This document shows positions 14,904-28,968 of a DNA stretch of 64,000 bases, one piece after another. This DNA is from Cirrosporium novae-zelandiae. Its lineage: Eukaryota. Each line of letters starts with the position of its first letter. The stretch's first letter is position 1. The position numbers and the translations under genes are program-made. Below the pieces are notes generated by a model. It was given only the letters and a program-made list of their open reading frames with translations, was not told the origin of the DNA and ran no database searches. The stretch spans positions 434,001 through 498,000 of the forward strand of contig JAPETS010000007.1 in the NCBI GenBank assembly GCA_026023565.1, in the 5' to 3' direction.

Positions 14904-16714
14904 TAACAATAATAATTATTTATTATTTTATATTTATATATTATTTAGAAATTATAACGGATTTTATTTAAAGATTTTTAGATTTTTTTATATTTTTTTT
15001 CGGATTTATTTTTAATTATAGTAATAAGAATTATTTTTTTAATTCGATTATATAATTTTTTTTTTTTTTTAGATTTATTTTTAATTATAATAATAAGAAT
15101 TATTTTTTTAATTCGATTATATAATTTTTTTTTTTTTTGGGTTTTTTAGAATTATTTAATTTATTTAATCGGATAATTTTTTAACGTTATTTCGGTGTTC
15201 GTAGCCTATAAATAGGCCTATTTATATTTATTTTCGATTTTTTCAATTTTTGTTTACGTATACGTTTATCCCGCGTTTTTATTACGTGTTTAATTTTTAT
15301 TTAATATTTATTTTTAGATCGTTTTTTTTTCCGTATCCGGGTTCTATCTATTTTTAATCCAAATACGCCTCACGATTTTCCGTTTCGGATCTGGTTTAGT
15401 ATTAGGGTTTCCCTATTTCCGTATCGTTTAAAAAACGTATCCAATTTTTAGAAAATCTTCGATTTTTTAATACGAATACTAATTTTTTGTTTTCGGTTAT
15501 ATTAGATTATTGGTTTTTTTTTTTTTTTATTATTTCCCGTAATCGGGTTTTAGCCGTTCTTCAGCGCGGATATATTAATATTAAAGAAAAAACGTTTTAA
15601 TACAGAACCCCGTATTATTAATATTCCGGGATAATAATAATTTTCGTACGGTATATATATTTCCCGGTAACGGCGTATCCCGTTTTTATTTAATAAAATT
15701 TATTTATTAATTTTTTAAACGTATATTCTAATATCCGATTTTTTTTATATTTCGGATATATTTAATAAAATTTATCGGACGATTTTTTTATTTTTTAATT
15801 ACGTAATTAATTATATATTTTTATAATTTATTTTTCCGTTATATTATAAATTATATAAATTAATAAAATTTATTCGATTATTTTATTATTTTTTAGCGCC
15901 GCGTTTATTTTAATTATTTAATTTATTATTTCGTTTTTTAATATTTTATAATATTCTAGAATTTATTTAATAACGATTTTCGTTTTTTAATTTATTAAAT
16001 ATTTAATATATTTATATATTTTTTATACGATTATTTAGTTTTTTTTTAATTTTTTTTTTTCGATTTATTTAATAGCCGTTTACGAATTCAATAATATTAT
16101 TATTATTTTTTTAGGGGTTTTATAATTATTTAAATACGTTTTAACCGCTATTTATAGGATTATTTACGCGCTCTAAAATTTTATATCGAATATTTTTTTA
16201 TTTTGATTTAAATAATATTTTTATATTATTTATATGATTTTTTCGGCTATTTTTTAAATTATTCCCGTTTTTATTTTACGGTTTTTTAATTTAAATCCGT
16301 CCGATTAATATACGTTTTTCTAATCCTACGTTAACGTTTCGCTGAAAATTTATTATTTTAAAAATATTATTATTTTTTTTAAAAATCTATTTTTTTCGAT
16401 TATTTAGATTTTTTCGATTTTAAAATGTAAATTTATTGTTTTTTAGATTATCGTTATAATTAAATATTAATTTAATATATTTTTTTTAATTTTCTGGATT
16501 TATTAAAAATTTTCTAACGATTATTTTTTTAATTAAACGCCTGCGTTTTTTATTTTAAATATTATCGGCAATATTAGATTCGTTAAATTTTTTTCGATTT
16601 TTTAAAAACACCGAAACCTATATTTTTTTTACGCGGTATCTAGTATTACGTTTACGGGATATATACAGATTTTCTATATAACCGCTATTATTGGCGTTAT
16701 TTTATAAACCTCCG
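14904..16714 (-). mobile_element. Tad-like LINE copy E, 5'-truncated (~1.8 kb)
   Basis: 3' tail at 14904. Perfect 14-bp TSD tattataaatatta at 14890-14903 and 16715-16728. Confidence 0.9.
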
Positions 16715-17143
16715 TATTATAAATATTAGATTTATTTTTTAAATTATAATTTTGTTAATTTTAATTATAATTTTAATATCGAATTTTTTAATATTATTAT
16801 AAATTTATATTAAAATCTTTTTTTTATTATATAATATTTTATAAAAAATATTTAATTTTTATATTATAAATTAATTTTTAATAATAACTTTATTTTTCCG
16901 TTTATTGATAAATCGCGATTTTTTAAATATAATCGAAATTTTAAATATTAATTAATAATCGTAAAACTTTTTCGTAATTTCGTTAATTATTTTAATTTTT
17001 TTTTTTTGAATTTCTTTTTAAAATCATTTTATTTAATTTATTTAGATTAATAAATTTAATTTTTTCCGTTTTTATTTATATATCGTCTGTATTAATAGAT
17101 TTTTTTATTTAGAAATTTTATAAATATTAATATTACGGTATAT
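16715..17143 (-). mobile_element. Probable continuation of the Gypsy family-2 pol relic, part 3
   Basis: Not LINE sequence. Joined to part 2 by the TSD of copy E. No motif was confidently decoded. Confidence 0.5.
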
Positions 17144-17147
17144 AAAA

Positions 17148-18244
17148 AAAACGTTTTTGGTAATTTTAGACCATTAAATCATTTTATTATTGTCACGACC
17201 GTTATATTAAATATTTAACGGTTATTTAGGGCCTATAAAACCCAGCAATATCGGAAAAAAATCGGGAATTATAAACGTGCGTACCGTTAACAAAAACGGG
17301 GCGGACACGAAAAAAAGATAGCGTCTAAAAAACGAATCGAATAAATTAAAATAAAATTTTATAATAAAATCTAATAATTCGGTATTATAATTTATATTTT
17401 AAAAAAAAATTAAATAAAAAAACGCTATCGAAAAATTTTATAAAAAAATAAAAATTCTAAAAATAAATAAATTAATAATCGGGATATTTTAATTAAATTA
17501 ATAATTAAATATATATTTCTAATAATCGGGCAAAAAATATATTAGATTTTAAAAACCGACGATTTTACGGTATAATTACGGGAAATATTATTTAATTTAA
17601 AAATCTAAATAATTATTCTAAAAAAACGAAATAATAAAATTATATATTATTAAATTTAAATAAAAATCGTAAAAATTATATATAACGGGGTAGAAAATCC
17701 TATAAATAAGAATTATATAATTTCAATTATTAAACCCGAACGGGCAATAAAAAAAAAGAATATAATATTTTTTTTAATAATATTCTGAATAAAAATAATA
17801 ACCGGATCGTAAATACCGAATACGCGGACAGCAATATAAACGAATAAAGAAATTTAAAAAAACTTTTAACGGACGATAAATACCGGATAAAAGACCCTAT
17901 CGCTAGCACCGAAACTTCCGAAATAGATTTTTATAAAAGCGACGCCGAAATCTATAAAATTTATTTATATTAAAATAGCCAGTATAATAATAAAAAAATC
18001 TAATAAAAAATAATAAATAATTAAACCCCGAAAACAGGAACGTATTCGGTCCGTAAACGGAAATATAAAATCGGATAATTAAAAAATACTAATTTTTAAT
18101 AAAAAAAAATTAAATATTCGGGTTTTATAATACCGATAATAACGGCGATCAATATTAAATTAATATATTTAAATATATTACCTAAATTACGGATACGTAA
18201 AATCTATATTAATAAAAAAAATAAATTAAAAATTATATTTAATA
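17148..18244 (+). mobile_element. Tad-like LINE copy G, 5' segment (old, diverged; outermost layer of the nest)
   Basis: Degenerate 5' end acgtttttggtaattttagaccattaaatc...gtcacgaccg. Interrupted at attatatttaata (18232-18244) and resumes at 39324. Confidence 0.85.
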
Positions 18245-19525
18245 ATAATAATAATGATTATTTATTATTTTATATCTATATATCGTTTAGAAACTACAAT
18301 AGATTTTATTTAAAAATCTTAAATTCTTTTATATTTTTTTTCAGGTTTATTTTTAATTAAAATAATAAGGGTTAGTTTTTTTAATTCGATTATATAATTT
18401 TTTTTTTTTTTATTTTCTAGAATTATTTAATTTATTTAACCGGATAATTTTTAGCGTTATTTCGGTGTTCGAGTTTTATAAATAAATTTATTCGTATTTA
18501 TTTTTTAATTTTTGATTTTTACGTTTTATATATACGTTTATCCCGTTTTTTTATTACGGGTTTAATTTTTTATTTAATATTTAATTCGTTTAGATTTTTT
18601 TCCCCCCCGTATCCGGGTTCTATTTATTTTTAATTCAAATAAATTTCGCGATTTATTTTTTCGCGTTTCATCTAGAACCAGGGTTTTTTTACTCCTATAT
18701 TATTTAAAAAACGTATTTAATTTTTCGAAAATCTTCGGTTTTTTAATACGAAAATTAGTTTTTTTTATTAATTATATTAAACCACCGTTTTTTTCGTTTT
18801 TTTATTATTTTCCGTAAACGGGTTTTAATTATTTTCTAGCGCGGATATATTTATATTAAATAAAAAATATTTTAATATAAAATTCTATATTACTAATATT
18901 CTAGAATAATAATAATTTTTATACGATATATATATTTTTCGGTAACGGCGTACCTTATTTTTGATTAATAGAATTTATTTATCAATTTTTTAAATATATA
19001 TTTTAATATTCGATTTTTTTTATATTTTAAATATATTTAATAAAATTTATAAAATAATTTTTTTATTTTTTAATTATAAAATTAATTAAATATTTTTATA
19101 ATTTATTTTTCGGTTATATTACGGGTTATATAAATTAATAAAATTTATTTAATTATTTTATTATTTTTTAATATTATATTTATTTTAATTATTTAATTTA
19201 TTATTTCGATTCTAAATATTTTATAATATTCTAGAATTTATTTATTCGCGATTTTCGTTTTTTAATTAATTAAATATTTAATATATTTATATATTATTTA
19301 TACGATCGTTTAATTTTTTTTTAATTTTTTTTTAATTTTTTTTTTCGATTTATTTAATCGCCGTCTACGAATTAAATAAAAAATTTTTTTTTCGGGGATT
19401 ATTTAAATATTTAGATTTATTTGAATTATTATTTCTAAAATTATTTATATTTTTTAAAATTTTATATCGAATATTTTTTTATTTTGATCGAAATAATATT
19501 TCCGTATTATTTACGGGGTTTTTTT
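18245..19525 (-). mobile_element. Tad-like LINE copy H, 3' segment (subfamily B)
   Basis: Tail at 18245. Variant 3' UTR shared with 41370-41838. Interrupted at ttacggggttttttt (19511-19525) and resumes at 34807. Confidence 0.85.
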
Positions 19526-21705
19526 GATAATAATAATTATTTATTGTTTTATATCTATATATCGTTTAGAAACTATAACGGATTCTATTCGGGGGTTTTT
19601 AGGTTTTTTTATATCTTTTTTCGGGCTTACTTTTAATTAAAATAATGGGGGTTACCCCCCTGATTCGGCTATATAATTTCCCCTTTTTTTTGGGTTTTTT
19701 AGAATCACCTGTTTTATTTAACCGAATAATTTTTTAGCGTTATTTCGGTATTCGTAATCTATAAATAAATTTATTCGTATTTATTTTTAATTTTTTCAAT
19801 TTTTATTTATGTATACGTTTATCCCGCGTTTTTATTACGGATTTAGTTTTTATTTAATATTTATTTCTGGATCGTTTTTTTTTCCGTATCCGGGTTCTAT
19901 TTATTTTTAATCTAGATACGTTTTACGATTTTTTATTTCGTATTTAATTTAATATTAGGGTTTCTTTATCTCCGTATTATTTAAAAAACGTATTTAATTT
20001 TTAAAAAATTTTCGGTTTTTTAATACGAATATTAATTTTTTTTTATTTTTTTATTATTTTCCGTAAATAAATTTTAATTATTTTTTAGCGCTGGTATATT
20101 AATATTAAATAAAATATATTTTAATATAAAATCCCGTATTATTAATATTCCGGAATAATAATAATTTTCGTATAATATATATATTTTTCGGTAACGGCGT
20201 AACCCCTTTTTATTTAATAAAATTTATTTATTAATTTTTTAAATATATATTTTAATACCTGATTTTTTTTATATTTCGGATATATTCGATAAAATCTATC
20301 GGACGATTTTTTTATTTTTTAATTATATAATTAATTATATATTGTTATAATCCGTTTTTCCGTTATATTACGGATTATATAAATTAACGAAATTTATTCG
20401 ATTATTTTATTATTTTTTAACGTTTTTATATTTATTTTAATCGTTTAATTTATTATTTCGTTTTTTAATATTTTATAATATTTTAAAATTTATTTAATAA
20501 CGATTTTCGTTTTTTAATTTATTAAATATTTAATATATTTATATATTTTTTATATAATTATTTAATTTTTTTTTAATTTTTTTTTTTCGATCTATTTAAT
20601 AGCTGTTTATAAATTAAATAATAATATTATTATTTTTTTAAAAATTTTATAATTATTTAAATATATTTTAATTATTATTTTTAAAATCGTTTACGTTTTT
20701 TAAAATTTTATATCGAATATTTTTTTATTTTAATTTAAATAATATTTCTATATTATTTATAAAAATTTTTCGATTATTTTTTAAATTATTCCCGTTTTTA
20801 TTTTATAATTTTTTAATTTAGATTCGTTTAATTAATATATATTTTTTTAATTTTATATTAACGTTTCGCTGAAAATTTAGTATTTTAAAAATATTATTAT
20901 TTTTTTTAAAAATATATTTTTTTCGATTATTTAAATTTTTTTAATTTTAAAATTCGGATTTATTATTTTTTAAATTATTATTATAATTAAATATTAATTT
21001 AATATATTTTTTTTAATTTTTTAAATTTATTAAAACTTTTTTAATAATTATTTTTTTAATTATATATTTATATTTTTTATTTTAAATATTATCGATAATA
21101 TTAAATTTATTAAATTTTTTTCGATTTTTTAAAAATATCGAAATCTATATTTTTTTATATAATATTCAATATTATATTTATAAAATATATATAAATTTTT
21201 TATATAACCGTTATTATTAAAATTATTTTATAAATTTTTATTATCAATTTAATAAATTTATTTAATAATTTTTAAAATTTTATTTAATAATCGATTTATT
21301 TTTTTTATTAAATTTTATATTTATATATATAAATTAATATTATAATTATTACGATTATAAAATATATAAATCCAGTATATAACCCGTTTCAGTAATATAT
21401 ATATTTAATTATTTTTTCCGCGTATTTAATTTTACTTAAACGCTAAATATAATAAATTTAAAAATTAAATTTCGGATTTAATTATATATTTAATTATTAT
21501 ATATAATTTTTTTTATATTAAATCGAATAATTATTAATTTTAATTATTAATTTAATATTTATCCAGATTTAGTATTTACGTAATCTAAAAAAAACAATAA
21601 TCTCAGTTTTTTAGCCGTCGAATTTTAGTCTATATTTTTTTTTTATTAAACCGCCGTTGTCGCTATTTATTAAATAATTTTTCGGATTTATTTATTATTT
21701 ATATA
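19526..21705 (-). mobile_element. Tad-like LINE copy I/M, 3' segment
   Basis: Tail at 19526. Stops at tattatttatata (21693-21705) just downstream of the RT xDD motif and resumes at 32151 (tattgtctatatg). Confidence 0.85.
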
Positions 21706-21744
21706 TTGCCCGGGTAGTTTAAAAAAATTTTATTTATTTTTAAT

Positions 21745-21770
21745 AAAAAAAAAAAAAAAAAAAAAAAAAA
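21745..21770 (+). repeat. Poly(A)26 tract abutting the 5' end of LINE copy J
   Basis: Uninterrupted A run directly followed by cgttttttaataatcccgcg, the RIP-ed 5' end. Confidence 0.95.
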
Positions 21771-24700
21771 CGTTTTTTAATAATCCCGCGCTATTAAATT
21801 AATTTATTATTATAACGACCGTTATACGAAATAATTAATATTTATTCAAAATTTATAAAATTTAATAGTAATAAAAAAATATCGGAAATTAAAAAAATAC
21901 GTATTATTAACGAAAATTAAATAAATACGAAAAAACGATAACGTTTAAAAAACGAATCGAATAAATTAAAATAAAATTTTATAATAAAATTTAATAATTC
22001 GGTATTACGGTTTTTATTTTAAAAAAAAACGATTAAACGAAAAAACGTCGTCGAAAAATTTTATAAAAAAAAAAAAATTAAAAAAAAATAAATTAATAAT
22101 CGAAATATTTTAATTAAATAAATAATTAAATATATAATAATACGTATATTTCTTATAATCGAAAAAAAAATATATTAGATTTTAAAAATTAACGATTTTA
22201 CGGTATAATTATAAAAATTATTTTTCGGTTTAAAAATCTAAATAATTATTTTAAAAAAACGAAATAATAAAATTATAAAAATTTAAAAAAAAAACAAAAA
22301 AAATTATATATAATTAAATAAAAATTTTTAATAATTAAAAAAATAATTATAATAATAATCTAAATATTATAAATTTAAATAAAAACCGTAAAAATTATAT
22401 ATAACGGAACGAAAAATTCTATAAATAAAAATTCTATAATTCTAATAATTAAACCCGAATAAATAATAAAAAAAAAATAATATTTTTTTTAATAACGCCC
22501 CGAACGGGTATAGTAATTAGATCGTAAATATTTAATACGCGGATAATAATATAAATAAATAAAGAAATCTAAAAAAACCCCTAATAGACGGCAAAAATAA
22601 CTAAATAAAAGGCTCTAATATTGGCACCGAAGGCCCCGAAATAGGGTTCTATAAAAATAACGCCGGAATCTACGGGGTTTATTTATATCAAAATAGCTAG
22701 TAAAATAACAGACAAATCTAATAAAAAATAATAAATAATTAAACCCCGTAAAAAAAGACGTATTAATTCCGCAGACAGGGATATAAAAACTGAAAATCAG
22801 AAAATACTGATTTTTAATAAAAAAAAAATTAAATATTTAGATTTTACGATATTAATAATAACAGCGATTAATATTAAATTAATTAATTTAAACGTATTAT
22901 TTAAATTATAAATACGGGAAATTTATATTAATAAAAAAAATAATCTAAAAATTATATTTAATAAAAAAATTAATATAAATATATTAATATTTAAATATAA
23001 ATAAAAAATTCAAAAAATTATAACGAAAATAAATAATACGATAATAAATATATATTTATAAATAATTTTATATTAAATAAAAATATAAAAAATATTTTTA
23101 AAAATATTTAAAAATTTAAATAAATTAAATTTAATAAAAAAAAATTTAAAAAATATTTATTAATTATTTTATAATACGATAATTATATAAATAATACCGG
23201 AAAAATATTATTAAAAATAGATACGAATTAAATTTATATTAAAAAAATATATTATTTCGATTAAAATAAAATTCCCGTTTATAATATACGAAAAATAAAA
23301 AATTAAAAATTATTATTTAACGGGATATAAATTTCGATATACCCGATAATTTACGTTAAAAATAAATAAAACGTATCTAAAATATATTTAATTAAAATAT
23401 AAATTATTCCTAAAATATAGGGATAAAATTTTTAAATATATTATATACGCGGAAATATACGAAACGTAAAACTATTAATATCGGATAATAAAATATAAAT
23501 TTATATATACGGGAGTTTATATATATATTTTATTAAAATATATAAATTATTTAAATTTTTATATAATTACGGACGGGAAATATTTAATTACCCAAAAAAT
23601 AAAAATAAAATATATAAAAAAAAAATATCGAAAAAACGTTATATAATCGTTTTACGTATTAATTTTTTTAAAAAAAAAATAAATTTAGAAAATTTTAATT
23701 AAAAATTAAAAACCCCCGAATTCTAAAAAAAAACGGAAAAAAAAATATAAATAATATCCGAAATATTAATAATATCGAAAATATCGGTAATATTTATATT
23801 ATAAATAAATAACGATATATCCGAATTATAAATAAAAATATTATAATATAATTATTATAAAAAATACGATATAATAATTATAATTCTAAAATCGATTATA
23901 TAAATTAAAATAAATATAATATTATTATAAAAATCTAATTAAAAATTAAAAAAAAAAAATATTATATTTAATATAAAATTTTTATTAATCCGAATTAAAA
24001 ATTTAAATAAAAAATAAAATTATAAAAATAATTATTATTATACGTAATAATTAAAAAAATAACGTATTTAAAATAATTATAAAAACCGATTTAATTAATT
24101 ATTTTTATTACGTAACGCTAGATATTAGTATAATAAATATAAACGAAAAAATAAAAAATCTAATTAAAATAATTAATATTTACGATTAAAAATTAAAAAA
24201 TATATATTTCTAATAATAAAACCGATAATAAAAATTTAAAAAAATTTTATAAAATATAAAATAAAAATTTATTTTTAATAAAAATAAAATAATATTAATA
24301 AAAAATTTTAATATTTATAATTTAATATAAAAATTTAAATAAATTATTTATATAAATAACGCGTTTTTAATAATATTTATAAAAAAATAAAATTTAATTA
24401 TATAAAATAATACCGTCTAAAATATTTAATTCGAAAAAAAATCGATTTATTATTTAATAATTAATTTAATAATAATAAATTCCGTTATAAAATTATTTTA
24501 AAAATAATTAATAAATACGATAATCGATAACGTAAATAATAAATTAAAAATTAATTTAAATTATATTTTTATTTAATTCGAATAAAAGAATTACCGTTTA
24601 AAAATAAATTAATTAATCCCGAATTTATAAAATTTAAAATCGTTAAAAAAATTTTAATAATAAATTAAAACGAAATAAAAATAAAAATTCTAATTAATTA

Positions 24701-26896
24701 CGAAAAATATATTAATCGTAGATTATATAAAAACGTAATTAAAAAATAAAATATAAAAAATTATTATTTAATTAAAAATTATTTTAAATAAATATATAAA
24801 ATTTAACCGGATATACGTTTAATCGAAAACGTAATAAAATCCCGAATATATCGTTAAAAAATATAAATATTATATAATATTTAAAAAAATAAAATAAAAA
24901 TACCGAATTTATAAAAAAATTAAAATAATATTTAAAAAATTTATAAAATTAATTAAAATCAAAAAAAAAAAAAAATAAATTAATTTTTTTTAAATATATA
25001 TAAAAAAAAACGATTTAAATAAATTTTTAAATCCTGAAAATATTTAATAAAAATAAAAAATATTAAAATATTATAAATTTTAAAACCGAAATCTAACACC
25101 GGCGTTCCGTATAAAAAACGGGAAAATAACGGTAAAAATTAAAAATAAAAAAGTTTTTATATAGGAACGAATATTTTTATTATTTCTAAAAAATCCTGAA
25201 TTTTGATTCTCGATAAAAAAAATATTCGCTCAATAATTATCCGAAAAAACGGTGCGGAAAATATTATATATATAAAATATAAATAAAATTTTAAAATACG
25301 ATAAAATCTATTTTAAAATATTTAATATATTATAATAATAGGATTCTAATAAAATAATAGAAATAATCTAATATTATTTCCGATTAAAATATTATTTAAC
25401 GTAATAAAAATATATTTAAAAAATATTATTATTTAAATTTAAAAAAATTAATAAAATATTAATTAAAAATTATAAAATAAGAAATTTATTATATTATTTA
25501 AATAAAATAATCGAAAAAATTATAATTAATACGTTAATAAATATATATAAAAATTTAAATAAATTATATAATAATTAATTTAGATCGAAATATAATCGGA
25601 ATATAATTAATATATTTACGTATTTAATATATCGAATAAAAAAAATTTAATTGAAAATAAATAATTTATATTTTATTTATAAATATAAAAAAAACGTTTA
25701 ATTATATATTATAATTTAAATTAATATAATATTTAAAATAATTAAAAATCGATAAAAATATTATTAAATAAATAATTAGTTTTATAATTTAATAAAACGT
25801 CGAATTAATAATCGACGGAGAAATAGAATCCCGAATTAATATAGAAACGGGGGTGCCGTAAAAATTATTTATATCCCTAATATTATTTCTAATATATTGC
25901 AGCGGGCTATTCGCAGCCGTAAAATAAACGGTTCTTAGAATCAAAACCTTATTATTCGTGAATAACGTAAATTTTTCGATTATTTATATAAATAATAAAT
26001 AAGCCCGGAAAATTATTTAATAAATAATAAAAACGGCGGTCTAATAAAAAAAAAATAAATTAAAATTTAATATTTAAAAAACTGAAATTATAATTTTTTT
26101 TAAATTATATAAATATTAAATTTAAATAAATATTAAACCGAAAATTAAAATCGATAATTATTTAATTAAATATAAAAAAAATTATATACGATAATTAAAT
26201 ATATAATTAAATCTGAAATTTAATTTTTAGATTTATTATATTTAGCGGTTAATTAAAATCCGATATACGGAAAACATAGTTAAATATATATATTATCGAA
26301 ATAAATTATTTACGGGATTTACGTATTAAATAACCATAACGATTATAATATTAATTTATATATATATATATAAAATTTAATAAAAAAAATAAATTAATTA
26401 TTAAATAAAATTTTAAAAATTATTAAATAAATTTATTAAATTAATAATAAAAATTTATAAAATAATTTTAATAATAACGATTATATAAAAAATTTATTTA
26501 TATTTTATAAATATAATATTTAATATCGTATAAAAAAAATATAGATTTCGGTATTTTTAAAAAATCGAAAAGAATTTAACGAATTTAATATTATCGATAA
26601 TATTTAAAATAAAAAACGTAAACGTTTAATTAAAAAAATATATTAAATTAATATTTAACGATAACGATAATTGAAAAAATAATAAATCCGAATTTTAAAA
26701 TCGAAAAAATTTAAATAATCAAAAAAAATAATAATATTTCTAAAATAATAGATTTTTAGCGAAACGTTAATATAAAATTAAAAAAACGTATATTAATCGG
26801 ACGAATTTAAATTAGAAAATTATAAAATAAAAATAGGAATAATTTAGAAAATAACCGAAAAAATCTTATAAACGATACCGAAATATTATTTAAATT
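21767..26896 (+). mobile_element. Tad-like LINE copy J, 5' segment (full length together with 28969-30215)
   Basis: 5' terminus at ~21767. Colinear with C through ORF1, APE and RT (acgggggtgccgtaaaaa at ~25847). Interrupted by K. Confidence 0.9.
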
Positions 26897-28968
26897 CGAC
26901 GCCCAAAAAATTAAAATTATAGTTTTTTTTAGATTACGTAAATACTAAATTTAAATAAATATTAAATCGAATATAAAAAAAATTATATACGGTAATTAAA
27001 TATATAATTAAACCCGAAATTTAATTTTTAGATTTATTACGTCTAGCGGTTAATTAAAACCCGACGTACGGAAAATATAATTAAATATATATATTACCGA
27101 AACGGATTATTTACGGGATTTATATATTAAATAATCGTAACGATTATAATATTAATTTATATATACGGATATAAAATTTAATAAAAAAAATAAACCGGTT
27201 ATTAAATAAAATTTCAAAAATTATTAAATAAATTTATTAAATTAATAATAAATATTTATAAAATAATATTAATAATAATTATTATATAAAAAATTTATAT
27301 ATATTTTATAAATATAATATTAAATATTATATAAAAAAAATATAGATTTCGGTATTTCTAAAAAATTGAAAAAAATTTAACGAATTTAATATTATCGATA
27401 ATATTTAAAATAAAAAATATAAACGTTTAATTAAAAAAATAATCGTTAAAAAATTTTTAATAAATTTAAAAAATTGAAAAAAATATATTAAATTAATATT
27501 TAATTATAACGATAATTTAAAAAATAATAAATCTAAATTTTAAAATCGAAAAAATCTAAATAACCGAAAAAAATAAATTTTGAAAATAATAAATTTTCAG
27601 CGAAATATTAACGTAAAATTAAAAAAACGTATATTAATTAAATAAATTTAAATTAAAAAACCGTAAAATAAAAATAAAAATAATTTAAAAAATAATCGAA
27701 AAAATTTTATAAACAATACGGAAATATTATTTAAATTAAAATAAAAAAATATTCGATATAAAATTTTAAAAAACGTAAATAGTTTTATAAATAGCGGTTA
27801 AAACGTATTTAAATAATTATAAAACCCCTAAAAAAAAATAATATTATTATTTAATTCGTAAACGATTATCAGACGGATCGAAAAAATAAAATTAAAAAAA
27901 AATTAAATAATCGTATAAAAAATATACGAATATATTAAATATTTAATAAATTAAAAAACGAAAATCGTTATTAAATAAATTTTAAAATATTATAAAATAT
28001 TAAAAAACGAAATAATAAATTAAACGGCCAACATAAATATAACGTTAAAAAATAATAAAATAATCGAATAAATTTCGTTAATTTATATAACCCGTAATAT
28101 AACGGAAAAACGGATTATAAAAATATATAACCAATTATATAATTAAAAAATAAAAAAATCGTTCGATAAATTCTATCGAATATATTTAAAATATAAAAAA
28201 AATCGGATATTAAAATATACGTTTAAAAAATTAATAAATAGATTTTATTAAATAAAAACGGGATACGCCGTTACCGGAAAATATATATATCGTACGAAAA
28301 TTATTATTACCCCGGAATACTAATAATACGGGATTTTATATTAAAATATATTTTATTTAATATTAATATACCCGCGTTAAAAAATAATTAAGGCCCGTTT
28401 ACGGGGAATAATAGAAAAACGGGGGGGTCAATAACCCGGTATAATCGAAAGGGAAAAACTAGTATTCGTATTAAAAAACCGAAAATTCTCTAAAAATTAG
28501 ATACGTTTTTTAAATAATACGGAAATAAAAAAACCCCAATCCTGGACCAAATACGAAACGGAAAATCGTAAAGCGTACCTGGATTAAAGGTGGATAGAAC
28601 CCGGATACGGGGGGAAAAAGGACCCAGACGTAGATATTAAATAAAAACTGGGCCCGTAATAAATACGCGGGGTAAACGTATACGTGAACAAAAATTGAAA
28701 AAATCGAAAATAAATACGAATAGGCCTATTTATAGATTACGAATACCGAAATAACGCTAAAAAATTATCCGGTTAAATAAATCAGGTGATTCTAGGAAAC
28801 CCAAAAAAAGAAAGAAACTATTTAGCCGAACCAGAGGGATGACCCCCACCATTTTAGCTAAAAATAAGCCCGAAAGAAAATACGAAAAAATCTAAAAACC
28901 CCCGAATAAAATCCGTTATAATTTCTAAACGGTATATAAATATAAAATAATAAATAATTATTATTATC
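26897..28968 (+). mobile_element. Tad-like LINE copy K, 5'-truncated (~2.1 kb), nested in J
   Basis: Perfect 15-bp TSD aatattatttaaatt at 26882-26896 and 28969-28983. Tail ttattattatc. Confidence 0.92.
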
